NCBI RefSeq assembly: GCF_964204645.1
Contig: NC_134025.1
Location: forward strand, 24,966,299-25,030,298
Length of the DNA stretch: 64,000 nucleotides
Source: Tubulanus polymorphus
Lineage: Eukaryota; Animalia; Nemertea
Direction: 5' to 3'
The number at the start of each line of letters is the position of its first letter. Positions within the stretch are counted from its first letter, which is position 1. Below are positions 25,666-39,800 of the stretch, piece after piece. A model generated the notes under the pieces. That model searched no databases. It saw nothing but the letters and a program-made list of their open reading frames with translations, and was not told where the DNA came from. Both the position numbers and the translations under genes were made by a program.

Positions 25666-28600
25666 ATTGTTTTTAACCGTTTGTTATATGTGCCATCACA
25701 TCACATCCGGTGACTGTCGGACCATGCGTCCCGCCAGGGCCCTGTGCGCATCTACCCGGCACACTAGAACTAATTAGATTAATAGCGGATAATTTTTCTT
25801 TCGACGTTAATGCATCATTTCCTCCGCGCATTCTCATCCTATGGTCCCGGGCTATATGCACAATTTATCGGCATCATCATTAAGTATGGACCGCCGTCAT
25901 CAGCCATCGGCTCGACAAAAAGAGGCCGAGTAAAACACTCCGGTAAAATTATTCAATTAACGCTAAAAATCGAAGCAGTTGGCTCTGAGAAGTCCTTTAA
26001 ACTTGACCTTATTAGTTACTAGTATCGGGGCTGCTTTTACCAGTCGTCTGAGTTAGGCTGTACGTGTGATTAATTGGTATACGCTTATCCACTTTCAGCG
26101 CTTATGTAAACGAGGAGTCCGTCTTTATAGAGTTATCTATACGGACATTGGCAGTCTATCAAGGACCATCCGGCATTGGCTTTTTAGCCTTTTTTGTGTC
26201 GAAACGTGTTGTCGAGGGAGTAATGCTGGTCGGGTGTGCCGGAAATGGTGTTATCAAACACGTCAACTCGTACGGCTGAGTTTTGGTAACAAATCCGCCA
26301 TCTTGATACTTCTCCAAAGAAAAGCTGCTTACGTACAGTAACGCGAGCGGAAGATGTGTGATTAAGCGGATTTTGCGAGGATTCTCGATAATAATGCCCG
26401 AAACGTGTCTACGGATGCAGCTTTTTTAGGGTGAATGTCTTCGATGTTGTTTTTTCGCCCGTAGCGCATGAATTTAAAAAGCACCTACAAATCATGAAAA
26501 ATGTATATTACGAGTATTTTATTGCGTAATGTATACATGAGATGACAGTTTTAATCGCAGTCATTTTTTCTCATATTATGTAATGCCATATTTTCGTGTC
26601 GGTTACTTCAAGCGCTATACATATACACACAATTTAGCATCATGTCGCCGGTTTGTCCTGCCCGGTCACTATTGAGAAGGCGAATAAGTTGAGATAAATT
26701 CGATCTGACAATGTGTTCTATAAGATACGATCGTATAGCGCGTAAATCAACTTATTGGGCGAAACATTAACTATATGCCCCATATATATATATAATACGA
26801 TGATTATCATCTGTAGGCGGCATATACGATGTCAAAGCCACATGTTTCATTGCGTCTGATAGAAACAAAATTAAATTTCCTATACACGGGAAATTCCGTT
26901 ATAAGTTAGGTGTGGTGGTGGTCATCACTGTACAATAGTATATACTTAGTTGAGTTTATGGCCATTACCTCTCCATAACGAATATAATGGGTAAGCGAGT
27001 GGCTGTTTCTGACCTCAAAAACTACTTTTACAAATCAATTTATTTTTAACGTGTACCGCACAGTTCATTAGAAAGATAATTTATTTCTATGCATCTATGC
27101 GTCAAAAAACCGAGAGTTTTATAAGAAGACATTACCGGCAATTCGTTTCAAGTCGTAAAAGCATTCAATTCATATTCAACACGTAACTTGGTGAAAATTA
27201 CTGAGCGAATTTTAACAGCACCCTTGACACCTACGTTACTGCATGAATACCCAAAACACTATACTAACACTCAGTCTTATCATGCATAAGTAATTACTAT
27301 TATATCATTCCGAGGAATCTAAATATTTTAGCGCAATAAGATTTCTTTTTAAAACGACTAAGAAAAGTTCGATTCATATCTCACCCGCCGTATAAGCCGC
27401 ATTTTTTTCGATGAGCGATCACCGAATTGTAATATTTTCTATTGATCAGTCGCCTACGGGTGTAACTTTCTTTGACATGTGAAAATTTATGACGACCGAG
27501 GCTGTTGCTTACTAATTGCCACATACATCACTTTGCCTAAAAGTCATTAAATCAACTAGAGATGTCAGTTTTTCAAGGGTCGTTTTATGGTCTCGATATC
27601 ACCAATTCTAATTTCATCGCAAACCAATCCATAATTTCGAGTGTAAAAATGAAACTTTATTCAAGAACATACATTTTTCAATTCAATTTGCATGTATTTA
27701 TGTATCAACCACTATTGACATGTCAATTTTATAGCTACGCCTTAAACTAATGTTCTACACATAAAAGTGCCTTTACTGGTCCCACGGCCGCAGTTTGATC
27801 TTTATTTATGATAAGAAATTGACGGCAGGAAAAACTATTGCAAGTTCATCAAATTCTAAGCAGCGCCACTGGAATAGAGTCCTATATAACGTGTTTATTG
27901 CCGAAGTTCTATTTGAAAACGAAAACTCATCATGTGGTTCATTTTTGTTTCGCTTGAGTCTAGTTTTAAATCCAATAACCAATTGTGAAATGTCTCCGCC
28001 GTCGTATTCGTCTGCCGGATCTGTAGTACTGTAATGATATGTCGCCGTGAGGCTTTCGATTATGTCACACACGCAACGAAGCGCAATCATTTTTTTCGTT
28101 CATTACATTGCGTAACGAAGCCGGCCTGCATTCTACGGTCGATGCACCAGAAAATATATCAGGAAAGACAAATTGAGATTTCGAGCGTTAAAAGACTTTG
28201 CTGTGTACAAATTCAGCCATGATGACGAGGGTTCGGATCAGAGTTGCTGCGACTCAGGAATTCCCTTATCTCATCAATTTCCGTTGTTCGATAAGCAGAG
28301 TTTAAGTTCAAATTTTCGATATTCATAAAACTAGGCAGATTTCTTTGTTGCAATACCATTAGCCATACATTAGAGACTGCACAACACAAAATTCTCCCGA
28401 GGGCGAATTCGGAAAAATTAAACATCACCTTTTTTATCTATGATTTCATCAATCATATATACGTACATATATATGATGTTCGATTTCACAACACAGCAGA
28501 GTCCCAGTACAGGTAATTTTATGACTTTCCGATCTGTTTTCATCTACACGGTTCGGATGAGCTCTTCTCCACGGATCTCCTAATGGATAAGCCACTGGAG

Positions 28601-31600
28601 GTTGCAATCAAATAGCATTCTTCACGACAGTGATCGAAGGTGGGGGCTATTTTTATTTATTTCCGCGGCCATCTAGTCAATATCCAAGAAGAAAAATCCA
28701 ATAGCACGTCGTGAGTCGAATTCCCGTTACATTGTACCGGTAACCCTAGACACAATAGAAAAGGCACGAGAAAAGAATTGTATTATACGTGATCAACGTT
28801 CTGTGAACAAGATCCTAGAGGGTGCGTAATGAATTCAGTATTGCATCTCCGCCGAGTATTTTGTATATATATATAATTTGATCGATGTAGCTCAATTCAA
28901 TGCGACAGAGTTGTGTCAATAAAACCAAACGATCAGATCTTCTTGGATTACACCCACGCACTCACATCTGTGGTTGAGGGAATCGTGAATGAATTAGAAT
29001 GCAACCCCCCTAATTAAAGCTCGGCAATAAAGTGCCGCTGCTGCTGCTGCTAAATATGTTGAATCGGTTCAATCTTAACCTGTTTTTAGTGAAATTAAAC
29101 GAAGAAAGATGACTGCCTAATCAAATAAAGTAATCGAAACTGAAGTGACGATCTCTAGAACTCTACAGCGATCTCGAGACAGATCGTCGCTTAAAAAAGA
29201 CATTAATTACGGACCGATCCGCACACACGCACAAGTCAGGTTATCATGAGTTATAAGAGGCAGGTAAGGATAAATCAGACGGAGTGTTCGGTTAGATTCA
29301 GCTGAAGCCCCCGGGAAAGCTCTCGACCTCTCTGCGACGGTTGCAGAGATTGTGCGTCACTGCCATGTGACGTTGAAATCTGTCTTCCACTGCGCGCAAC
29401 AAGTTGATTTGAGATTTGACATCAGGGTTTACCTCGATGAATGTAGGTAACTAAAAACGTCGCATTTCGACTCAGCCATCTTCCATCGGAGATCAGGTAT
29501 AATCCCAACATTGGGTGTGGTTAAACAAATACATGTGAATTGATATCGCACGACACAAAAGATTTAGATTGATGTTACAACCTCATTCATTATAACTTAC
29601 TATAGCCAGTATACGCCCATTCGATATATATGATCAGTAAGATATATATACGGTATATGAAAGAAACAGATTTTAAATGAAAATGGCACCAAGTGATAGC
29701 TGTTCATCAATTAGGAACTGACTGGTTACTATTTGATCTATACCGAATATTCGTGTATAAATTCGCCAAATTAAGTTCTTTGTCACTCAGTATACACGGA
29801 AAATATCTCGGGTCTATTTAGTCGGTGATTTTGCTTGATTGTCATGACAACAGCGTAGACTGTGCTGTTATTCTGCCACGGTGATAAACGCGTGTACCTT
29901 TTAATAGTTATTTGCTCTAGGTACGTTTTTTTGCGTTTGATTTGCATTTAATTAGGCGGCTAAGTGTTGCTTTACGAGCAGAACGAATTTTGATAGAGAG
30001 GGGGGATTCGAAGAAATGCCGCTGAAATCTCGTGGCAGTAATACGAGTAGTGTTTATGGCAATGATCGCGGTTTAAGATGATCACGGTTATAAAATAATC
30101 ATGGAAGAGATCAGATGAGCGAATGTAAATGACGTCCTGACGTAGCATTCGGTTGGTTCGTATACAAGCCAACGCTCACGGAGAGTGGGCATAGAAAAGA
30201 AAAAAAAATCAACCATTACAGAACTTTCTTTTATAAGAGAAGGGTTGGCCATAAAAGCCTGAGCTTCCTTTCGAAGAGCGGGGCTAGGCAAAAACCACCA
30301 CTCTATCCCATCCCACTCTTAAAAACGTCGCCATTTGTGAACGAACTTATTGATAATATTTCTTTCTTTATATATATATGTACATATTAAAGGCAGGGAC
30401 ATCAAGTAATGAAATTGAAAATTTAAATGAAGGTCAATTAAGGGGTAGATGAAATGTGTAACGCCTACGTATCGCTATAGTTTTTCGACTAGCCTCTCAC
30501 CCCAGATCACTCACTATCTCTTTCGCTAAAAAACCTCAATGCGGTTTTTAGATCAAGTGAAAAAAAAACCGATCATACTATTACATCGGTTATTCTAAAC
30601 AAACTTGTTTTGCGAGTCAATTACGGACACCGATATGAAAGAAGGATATTTGGACACATTTTATGGGTTAATGCATTTGTCATAACAAGTCCTCATCAAA
30701 TAACATAGAGCTAACTGTACAGTTGACAAATAGTTGAGAAGCGATATTTGTTAATGTTCCGAGAATTCATAACACGAAATGAGAATGTTAAAAATGGGAT
30801 TTTTTGCAATAAACTCAGATAAATTTCATTGGACTAATTACATCAAGTGGCTCTCCTATTTCAATGTTCCGATGATACAGGTATTTTAGATAAGGAAGAT
30901 TTCATTCAATTCTGCTCCAAATAAATTGAATGCACATTTCATCATAAATTGTTTTTTTTTCTAAATCGGCGTCAATCAAATTTCTATTTATCGGATCTAG
31001 AATTATGTTTTATTTTTCAGAATTAATAGATTCAGTTCGCATTATCCACGCTAAAGGAAAAAGCACTATTACGGTAGAATTATTACAGTACTTTAAGCGG
31101 AAACAGTCCTTTTTCTTACGAAAGATTTAGAACGAAACTGAGATTACAATTAATAAATGAAACGCATTTTGTAACACATTTCGAAGAGCAACTAATTCTG
31201 GATTTTTCTATACGCTTCGGATTCAAACCTAAACAGATACCGGCATGCTTTAACTATGCATGGCATGAGACGGGTGGGACAAAAACGAGAACATTCTAAT
31301 AATTGTCAGTATATCTACAAGAAACCAGTCGTCAGGACTTACCTCAGAAATTACAGTTATCCAAGAATAAGTTATCTATTCCGTAAAATATATCGTTGAT
31401 TTGCCGTCGAAAGTATCATTCGAAATACAGCGCTCGTCAGCTTCTAGAAGCATGATCTCTCGCTGGCTTCTCGTGAATCGATTTGTAATCAGATACACTG
31501 TGCGACTGAACGTGTGGCCTCGGGATACACCCGCGTCGAAAAACCTCCATCTGCCAAACAACCACCTCACCAACGTAATTTGTCGTTACATCATCGGGAA

Positions 31601-33078
31601 ATCAACTGAAAATTGACGACAAATACCTTTCCATCGTCGATTCTGCGATAATTGAAAGGTAAGAGCTGAGAGATAGATGAGTATCGACTCCAAACTGCAA
31701 CCAGTTGCAGCCACTATTCCAGACGAACCAAACTGTACATGATTACATCTACAAAAGTATACGTCTCTGATGGGAGGGGTTATAATTGTCCTCTGCGGTT
31801 GATACAGCATCTCAATGTACTTTTTTGTTGCTATCTAATTGGAATTAAATGAATTATTGAAACTATAGAATTATTTATCCTGCATCATGATTGATGAGAC
31901 AAATACGGATGCATCATTAAACTGGAAAACGATTTCAGATAAAGTATCTTGTGCAATATTTCTCTTAATCCTTTTTCCCATCCGATGATAAGTGGAAAGT
32001 TTGTTGAAATTGTTTATTTGATGTAAAAGATTAGGGTCTACAACTTGAACCCACTACTAATGAAATATGCATAACTATAAAGGAACCATTATGGCCAAAC
32101 TCTGGTGACTAAAAAAAAGACATTAGCTCCCCTTGCCAAAAATGTATTAATGTACCAGTTCATTAGAATAACCTTGATAGTACCATTCCCTTATGAGAAC
32201 TATAAGCTTTTATGGGGTAAGGGAAAGCTTTTTTCGAAGCCACAAGATCCGCATTGGGGGTTTAACTCGTCTGATTTAGCCAAACAAAACGCAATATTTT
32301 GCCGTAATTCGCCATTTCTCTACAATGTAATTGCTTTACGGTTACAGGATATAATTCGTTACTGTCAGCCGATTTCCTCATAACGATATTATTACCAAGT
32401 CAAATGCTACTTGAGCGCGGTGCTTGCAAAGTGTACAGTTTCATATCATTGATTACGTACGTCGTATGATATGTATTTTACCGTGGTCAGATGTAGAAAT
32501 GATTGATTAGGTGAACCCATGACGTTAATTATGCCATTGGCTACTTAGACGGTTGGAACCGATATTGTTTTAGTTTCGGTTATTAGCTTTGGTACACGTA
32601 TCTCATCGGAAAGGCCCCCAACTTAGTGATCGTTGTTGCGAAAGCTTATCGCAGTCGGATTCTTTGTGGGAGGGTCATAATGCAACATATTAATCATTTT
32701 CAACCGAATACCAACCACCGTATTTGGAATTCACCGAGATCTCCGAGGACTAAGTTCCACGTGTTACTATGGACTAGCCAGATAATTAAATTATTTTACT
32801 CCGGTGTTGTAAGTCTAGTTGACTTCAAGAGGTGCCTCTCAAATCAATCCATATACTGTGTGCGGAAACAATTATGAAAGTCAGAACTAACGATCCAATG
32901 AGAAGAATAAGTTGTACTGATTTTATTACATTCCACAAACAGATGATTTATTGATAAATATATTCACAACTACGGAATCACCCCATCGATGTATCAGTGG
33001 TAAAAAAGCAACAAAAAAGTTTACAACGTTCACTAATAAGTTTTTTTTATTGCAGGAGAGAGAACTTCCCGTAAGTAT

Positions 33079-34843
33079 TTAGACTTCAATCTGTGTAATT
33101 CTGTTCAAATTATTCGGTTTTCCATTGGTAAATTTCGTCGGGAACGGTTTTCCTTCTTCGTCTGCAGTAAATAAAAAGTAGAAAATACTGTTTAAACGTT
33201 GGCCTCGCGCAGGCGATATACACGGCATAACGGGAACATTGAGCTTTATACTTAGTTCGTCGAATAAGTCTTCGTCTTCCAACTCTTCTGGATTATCGGC
33301 GACAGTAATCGCTGTTGAGTACGACTGGTTCTGATGCATAGAGATTATCCGCCTGTTGAACACTGACGGGCGTCTACTATCGCCAGGAGGAATCATAGCC
33401 GTTACGCTCGGCAATCGAACATCAATCCGCGATCCACGATTTTTTAACTGCAACGAAAAAAATTCCCAATTACGAAAGGACTTGGCGGAATTTTGTATTT
33501 TTCCGTACATTCGAATGATTACCCTTTCGTTCAAAGCGTACAGTTTGTTAGTGATGTCTCGCCCGATCAAAGTAGCCATTATTGTGGCTAGATAAGGTTC
33601 TTTGATAAACAGGTATTGTAGAGCATCTCTTTGCCATAACATGTAACGACATGGTCCAACAGCTATAATCGTCACCTTCGAAAATCAATTATCAAAAATT
33701 TATTTGCATTGTGATTAATCAATGGTCTTTGATTAAGTACTTCATTTTCGGTTGTACCTGATATTTCTCTTCTCCTGTTGTCGTGCTCTCGAATTCGGGC
33801 GAGTCTAGAAACTGTTTCTCGTGAATATGATGGAGAAACTGGTTGTTTGACATCACAGAAACGCTGTAACGGAAGATTCCCGCAGGCGTGTGTGAAATGC
33901 GATAATTTCATTAATTGATATACTAATGATACACGCGAAATCTGATGCGCTGATGATTACCTTCCACTAATTAACAAGCCAAGTCTGTCTGTTCTAGTGA
34001 CACCCTGTGTGGCGTAACACTCCCCGGGATACATGCTCAATACTGTCGCGTTTTCAGTGCACGTCAACTTCTTCACTAATTTCCTGCCAAATAAACCCAG
34101 CAATTATAAAGTGGCTGACTTAGACAGGTGATAGAAGAAAATCATATTCAAAAAAATATATATCAACCTTATTTTCGTATAAAAAGGTCCAAATCAGCAG
34201 GTAGCAAGTTTGACGTAATACCCGAATACGATCCCTACAATTCAAGTTTACGATTCAAGACTAAATTAGTAAGACAAAGCTATATTACCTTGATACTTTC
34301 AGCGGTTGAAAGAGATTTGTGTAAATTTCTTCGATTTCGGGCACGAACTTTATGGCTTTTAAGCGATACATAATGAAAAACACCTGCACTGCATTGAGCA
34401 GAACAAATGCAAAATTCCAGGAGAAGATATCCGGCGCACAGAGAACGACCCACGCCCATGTGCAGAACAGCAAGAATCCTGGATAAGAAATTAAACTCTC
34501 CAATGATTTATCTTTTACATCTACCTTTTTACATTTCCATAGCTACGGTTACGGAGATGTCAAATAACCTACCAAATAGTAGCCCTCCGTGGAGTAGAAG
34601 CGATCCAAAAACGCCATGAGGTGCCAGGTATGCGATTAGGCAAGCAACATTTGCAATTTGAAATACGACGTGGTTCGCAGAGTGCCATCCCTGGCATCCC
34701 GTAAAATGGGCACCAATAAGTTCATGTTCCCAGGGGTTATCATTATGCAAGGAATGGTTGAGTTCGTCATGTGGTTTCAGAGTATGCGAATGTTCCATCT
34801 CGTCTGGTCTGGTTAAATATAATTTTGATTTATTTGTAGACAT
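33079..34843 (-). CDS. POPDC3: Popeye domain-containing protein, POPDC2/POPDC3-like (about 7 coding exons)
   Basis: Spliced product: MSTNKSK...HVVFQIANVACLIAYLAP..GLLFG|FLLFCTWAWVVLCAPDIFSWNF...LFQPLKVSR|KLVKKL...LGLLISGS|VSV..FLHHIHEKQFLDSPEFES..KYQ|VTIIA...LIGRDITNKLYALNER|..RIDVRLPS. WAWV..CA.DIFSWNF, FLDSPE, KLYALN.R and D.RLPS resemble POPDC2/3; POPDC2 versus POPDC3 cannot be distinguished (likely co-orthologue). Confidence 0.85.
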
Positions 34844-35659
34844 TTCAAGAACTGATTTCGAGACTGAATGACTGTTGATTGATAACGATAAGAAACATAT
34901 CGATCCGATATCAAACAAAGTTTAATGTGGATTACTGAAAATCCGATATTTGATTGTAGCCGTCTACTCACATTATAGAGTATTGCAGCGTTTAGAGCGC
35001 TGTACTGCACCGTTGTATCAGCATCACCAGGAAAACTACCACTGCAACTACTAGTGCTAAAACCAAAAGCCACCAACATAAATCGATATATCAACTGACA
35101 GACAAAATGCATTACTTAAAAGCTAAAAAGCTATCCAATAAGATACCAATACCTACGCGAGTTGCGGATTAGATATGTCTAAAACATCTTGATTTTGACT
35201 GCAACATCCTCATGATGCGAGCACTGATACTCCTGACTCCATCAGTAACACTACAGATTCCGCTCGCTTGGTGTCGCTCTCTGGAGCAGCTGAACATTCG
35301 CGCGTTCATCCATCATCGACTTGCCATCAATCCTCGGAGATGTGCATCATGGAAAAACAATTCCTCGCAATTCAGCATTCAGTGACAGCTTTACCTTCTC
35401 GAATGTCTTTGCTGAGATGTTCACATGTTGTTCACAACACTTGAGAAAGACGTGCCAGATGACTGGTCGGGAAAACTCAGCCGCTGGGACTCAAGGAATC
35501 TCACCGTCAATACCGGTACTACAAATCATCTAATAAGTTAGAAATAGCGATGATTGATACAGAAGAGGAATGAAATAATCCCTTTCTTCACATATACATA
35601 TATTCTTCGTTTTTTTTATGAGCCTGGCGTCTTTCGTTGAAAATAGCGGCAATTCGAGA

Positions 35660-35940
35660 AACGCACTGGCACGGGACCCAGAGGTCCTGCGTGTGGCGCC
35701 CGGGGGCCGGAGGACGAGGTAAACTTCTGGTAAATTATCCGTTCCGTTGTCAATTCGACGAGCAGAGTGCATAGCAGGTGCGATCAGTGTTGCAAGTGCA
35801 TGGCCGAATATATTTGAATCCCCGAAATCGTCGAGTGATTAAAGCACTAACTAGCCGGGCCCCGGCGCCTGGCCGGGTCACCCGGGCGGCTTCACGACGA
35901 CGCTCTTCAATGGAGATCTTTCGCGGCGCTGGTCGCACTT
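35660..35940. promoter_or_regulatory. GC/CpG-rich patch between divergent POPDC3-like and ARMC2 genes, probable promoter region
   Basis: Locally GC-rich runs (GGCGCCCGGGGGCCGG, CCGGGCCCCGGCGCCTGGCCGGG) in AT-rich background, located between the two divergent start codons. Confidence 0.35.
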
Positions 35941-36886
35941 ATTCGAATTTGAAAATCTCTAAAATATACAAAATACTCTAAACTGAATTGGAGAAAGACT
36001 ATTGAAATGCTATAATCGAGTGTAATTCTGCGGAATATTGAGTACAGGGCTTATAATTGAGCTGACTTCGTTCGCCCAGATTAGTCCCCGATGCCAGCCG
36101 CGGCAGTAGAGTCTAACACGAATAGATTTTGATATTCTCGGAGCCACCCTTTACCCTATATCTCGTACACTAACAAATATTCATTTCCTGGTTTTGTTAT
36201 TCGTAAATAAATTATGTTACACAGTGGCCCATTGATACTACATAAAGTTGTATTTGGTAAATATAGGTCTTTTGAGATATTTGTTTAATATATAGTCACT
36301 TTCGTCACTCGAATAGTAGTTGTTTACATCGGTATTTGTAGACAAAATTATCCCGGTGGGTCTCGGCCGTGCTAATTACCAACATTAAAAGGCTAACGAG
36401 TGACATTTGCAGATAGTTTCCCCCTACTTATCCGTACTAAGGTTGTTAGGTTGTATCTAGAGTTATCGTAGATTAGGAAAAATAGGTAGCTCCAAACCTC
36501 CAATTCTTCTAGAATGATCCCTGTGAGGACACAAGGTAATGCTTGAGAATACCTACTGTTAGTGTTGACTGTTGTTAGCATTGGGCCATTAGATTTGAAA
36601 AGGTCAAGGAGAAGGGTGTTGTAGTAGGTTCAGAGGGATAAGCTCAGAGATGAATTTGGTTTGCCCATCAAATATTGTACTACAAGTTACATAAGTGACG
36701 CGACCACGCTTAGTATTTACTGGTCCCATTCATGATTTTGGGTTCACTAGGTGTGATTTAGGTCTTGGCAAACCTTTTCAAAAGATTCACAAAAAATGCT
36801 GTATTCCCTCATTTTCAGACATATTGGCGTTCATCTTTAATAAGCACTGATTTCTGGTTACTGATTCGGTAGAACAACTCGTCCCA

Positions 36887-39800
36887 ATGGACAAATCAAG
36901 CGCTGCGAAGAAAACAAAAAGTGACAGACCATTCTATGAACCCTCGGAGAAAGTGCCGACTAGTTCGAAAATAATCAACGAAGCGAGAACTTCATTAAGA
37001 TCGGTGAGAACGAATCGACCCTTCACTCCTCGAGAAGAAAACCGTACTTTGTTTGGCACAAGCAGCAACAGAAACAAAGATGCCAGACCACCGAGTGCAT
37101 TTAGGTTAGTGATATTTATCATCATTCTTTCATAATAGAAGTTCAAAAAATGATGAAATGTGACTTGTTTAACTGTGAAGGCACTTATATATTGGCTTCG
37201 CTCAATGAAAATGGATTGGCAATGTACATTTTAAGAAATGTGTAGAATAAAGCTTTCAAGTGAGATTTAAATCTTTTTCTTAGTTTGGGACCTCATCATT
37301 TTGATGGAAGTGATTCGCGTCCAGTATCCGGTACACGTCTTAGTCCAATCGATCACGTATGTATGAAATCTTGTATTCTTTCGTTCAGATTTTATCAATC
37401 AATCGTTGTTCACCATAGATTTTCTTAAAATATCCTTAGAAAAAACCAGTCGCCGCCGCTGATGTTGAATCGTTATTGTTGTGTCCGAAACCTCCCGTCG
37501 ACCCAAACCGTCCAGTGAATGTACGCAAGAAAGCCCGTCCAACCAGTTTAAACCAATCACATAGCATCGAAAACCTTGCAGAGGAATCTCCTCGGAAAGC
37601 TGAATCTGGTAAGCATTGTATCACTCAATCAGCATATACCTATTCATTGCCTAATGATATAAATCTATGCTTGGCAATCTGAAGTGTTAAACTTTTGATC
37701 AAACAATGTCAAATAATTGTATTTTTAGTCGTTGAACAACCAGACACTGAGAGACGAGTGCACAGTGGTCCGAAAGAAAGAACGAAATTATTATTAGACG
37801 AACGAGGGGAAGGAGATGGGTGCGAAAATTCATCGAAACCGGATAAAAAGTAAATGATTCCACTTTAGGTCAAAGCCTCTGACTGTTATTGAATGCGTCA
37901 TATATGTTTTACCAGTCCTGAAGTGTATTTAAATGTGATGGGTATTTGTTATCATTTTCTGCAGACGAACTGAAAGTGGATATGTTAGTGATTCTCAAAA
38001 TGCTGCATCCAGTCGCACTTCTTCCGCTACCAGCGTTAAAGGTAAAATGTTGTTGCATTCGAATTATGAGCTATACATAATGTATTAACACAGTTTATAG
38101 CATTATGGAAAATGTTCTGATTATCTTGAAATATTTTCGGAAATGCGTCTTGAATATCTTCGATATGTCTTAGAATATCAATAGATGAGGTGTTTACAGT
38201 ATTTAGGTTATCTATGTTGTTTCTTTTATTGATTAGCTTCACCTGTACTCGAAGATGAGACTAATCCTGAACAGAATGTGTATTTTCAACAAGAAATTAA
38301 ACCATTATTGGAAGAAATGATGATTAGTAAAGGTAGGTGTTAATCATTTTTCTAAAACTCCTATAACTTCCTAAATGAGAAAAATGATTGATTCTCGTTT
38401 TTGCTTCAGGGGATGCGGAAAAGTTGATAGGACTTGCTAATCAATTGTATCAGATTCTTGAAAGTAAAAATCTTCTGGGAAGGAACTGTATACGTCGATC
38501 ATCTATACTGAAACATATCTTCAAATTACTCGATGTTCCTGAGCCTAAACTTCTCATACTATTGGCGAAGATTATTTTTGCTGTGAGTGATATATCATCG
38601 TAATTATTCTGTCCGTATCTGATTTTATTTCGATTTTGTCTCTTAAAACGTACTTTTTCAATACTTCAGTTTCATGTTAGCGGTAATAATCTGACGAATG
38701 TTTGTAAACTGGTCTTCAAAGTCAGCAGAGATGATAAAAATGATGAACTCTTTGTCGAAGATAAGAAATTATTGGGTAATGATAATGATAGATTTTGTTT
38801 TTATTTGGTTAACGCTATTTTCTAAAATATAACGATACAATATAACATGGATGAACAACTTCTGAATTTTACAATACACTGTACATGTAAAAGATATACA
38901 ATACATTTTTCAAAAACTTGATTCTAAAAGCAGTAAAATCGAAAAGCAAAGATTTTCAATGGTAATTTTTGTTTCAGATTTACTGGTAACAACTGTAAAA
39001 AAGAGTGATCCATCGAATACATGCGATGCGCTGGTTTATTCTATCGGTGCTTTAAAGTTCCTGTCGGGAAACAGTACAATACTAAAAACATTAGCTAAAT
39101 TGGGTACAATAGAGGCTCTATCCGGAATACTAAGATCTGTGAATAAATCTGTAAGTTCATTAGACGATCATGATGCTTCGTTTACATACTATTCGCTTCT
39201 ACAGTTCATGAATTATTGTTTCAGAATTCATTATCAAACCATCCCAGTGACCAAATGGGGCATGTACTAGTTCAGGTATGTTCGTCGTTTATACATCGTC
39301 TTCGGTTATATTCCGTCAGCGATCTCTCTACTATTTGTTAAATTTTCAGATGGTCGCGTGCTTGCGAAATCTGGCTGATACGAATTCTAGTCGCGAGAAG
39401 TTCATTTCTTGTCATATCATCGAGGAGTTACTCGATGTATTGGACACGTACACACACGATAGTGACATCGTTCTGCATATTTCACGTATATTTAGGTAAA
39501 CATCTTGCAGGAAATGGCAGCTTTATACTACATCAGTATAGAGTTTCGCATGAGTCTACTTCTCTTTACTTATGCTATACAACTTTTCATTACGATTTCA
39601 GTAAGCTAACATTACATGCAGACTGCTGCAGTATCGTTACTAAGTGCACGACATCATACAAAACAATGATGCATGTCCTCACAAAGCATTACAAAAAAGA
39701 GGTACGTTGATTCGAGTATATTGCTACCAGAAATTTAACATTTTGTATTTACTCAGCCCATTCAGACCTACTTTATCCAAGACCAGATCTGGTTGGAAAG

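Noticed and set aside
14058-32877. Dozens of 60-130 aa ORFs in the intergenic/intronic interval
   Set aside because: No recognisable domains, many use non-ATG starts, and no consistent splice chains; treated as random ORFs.
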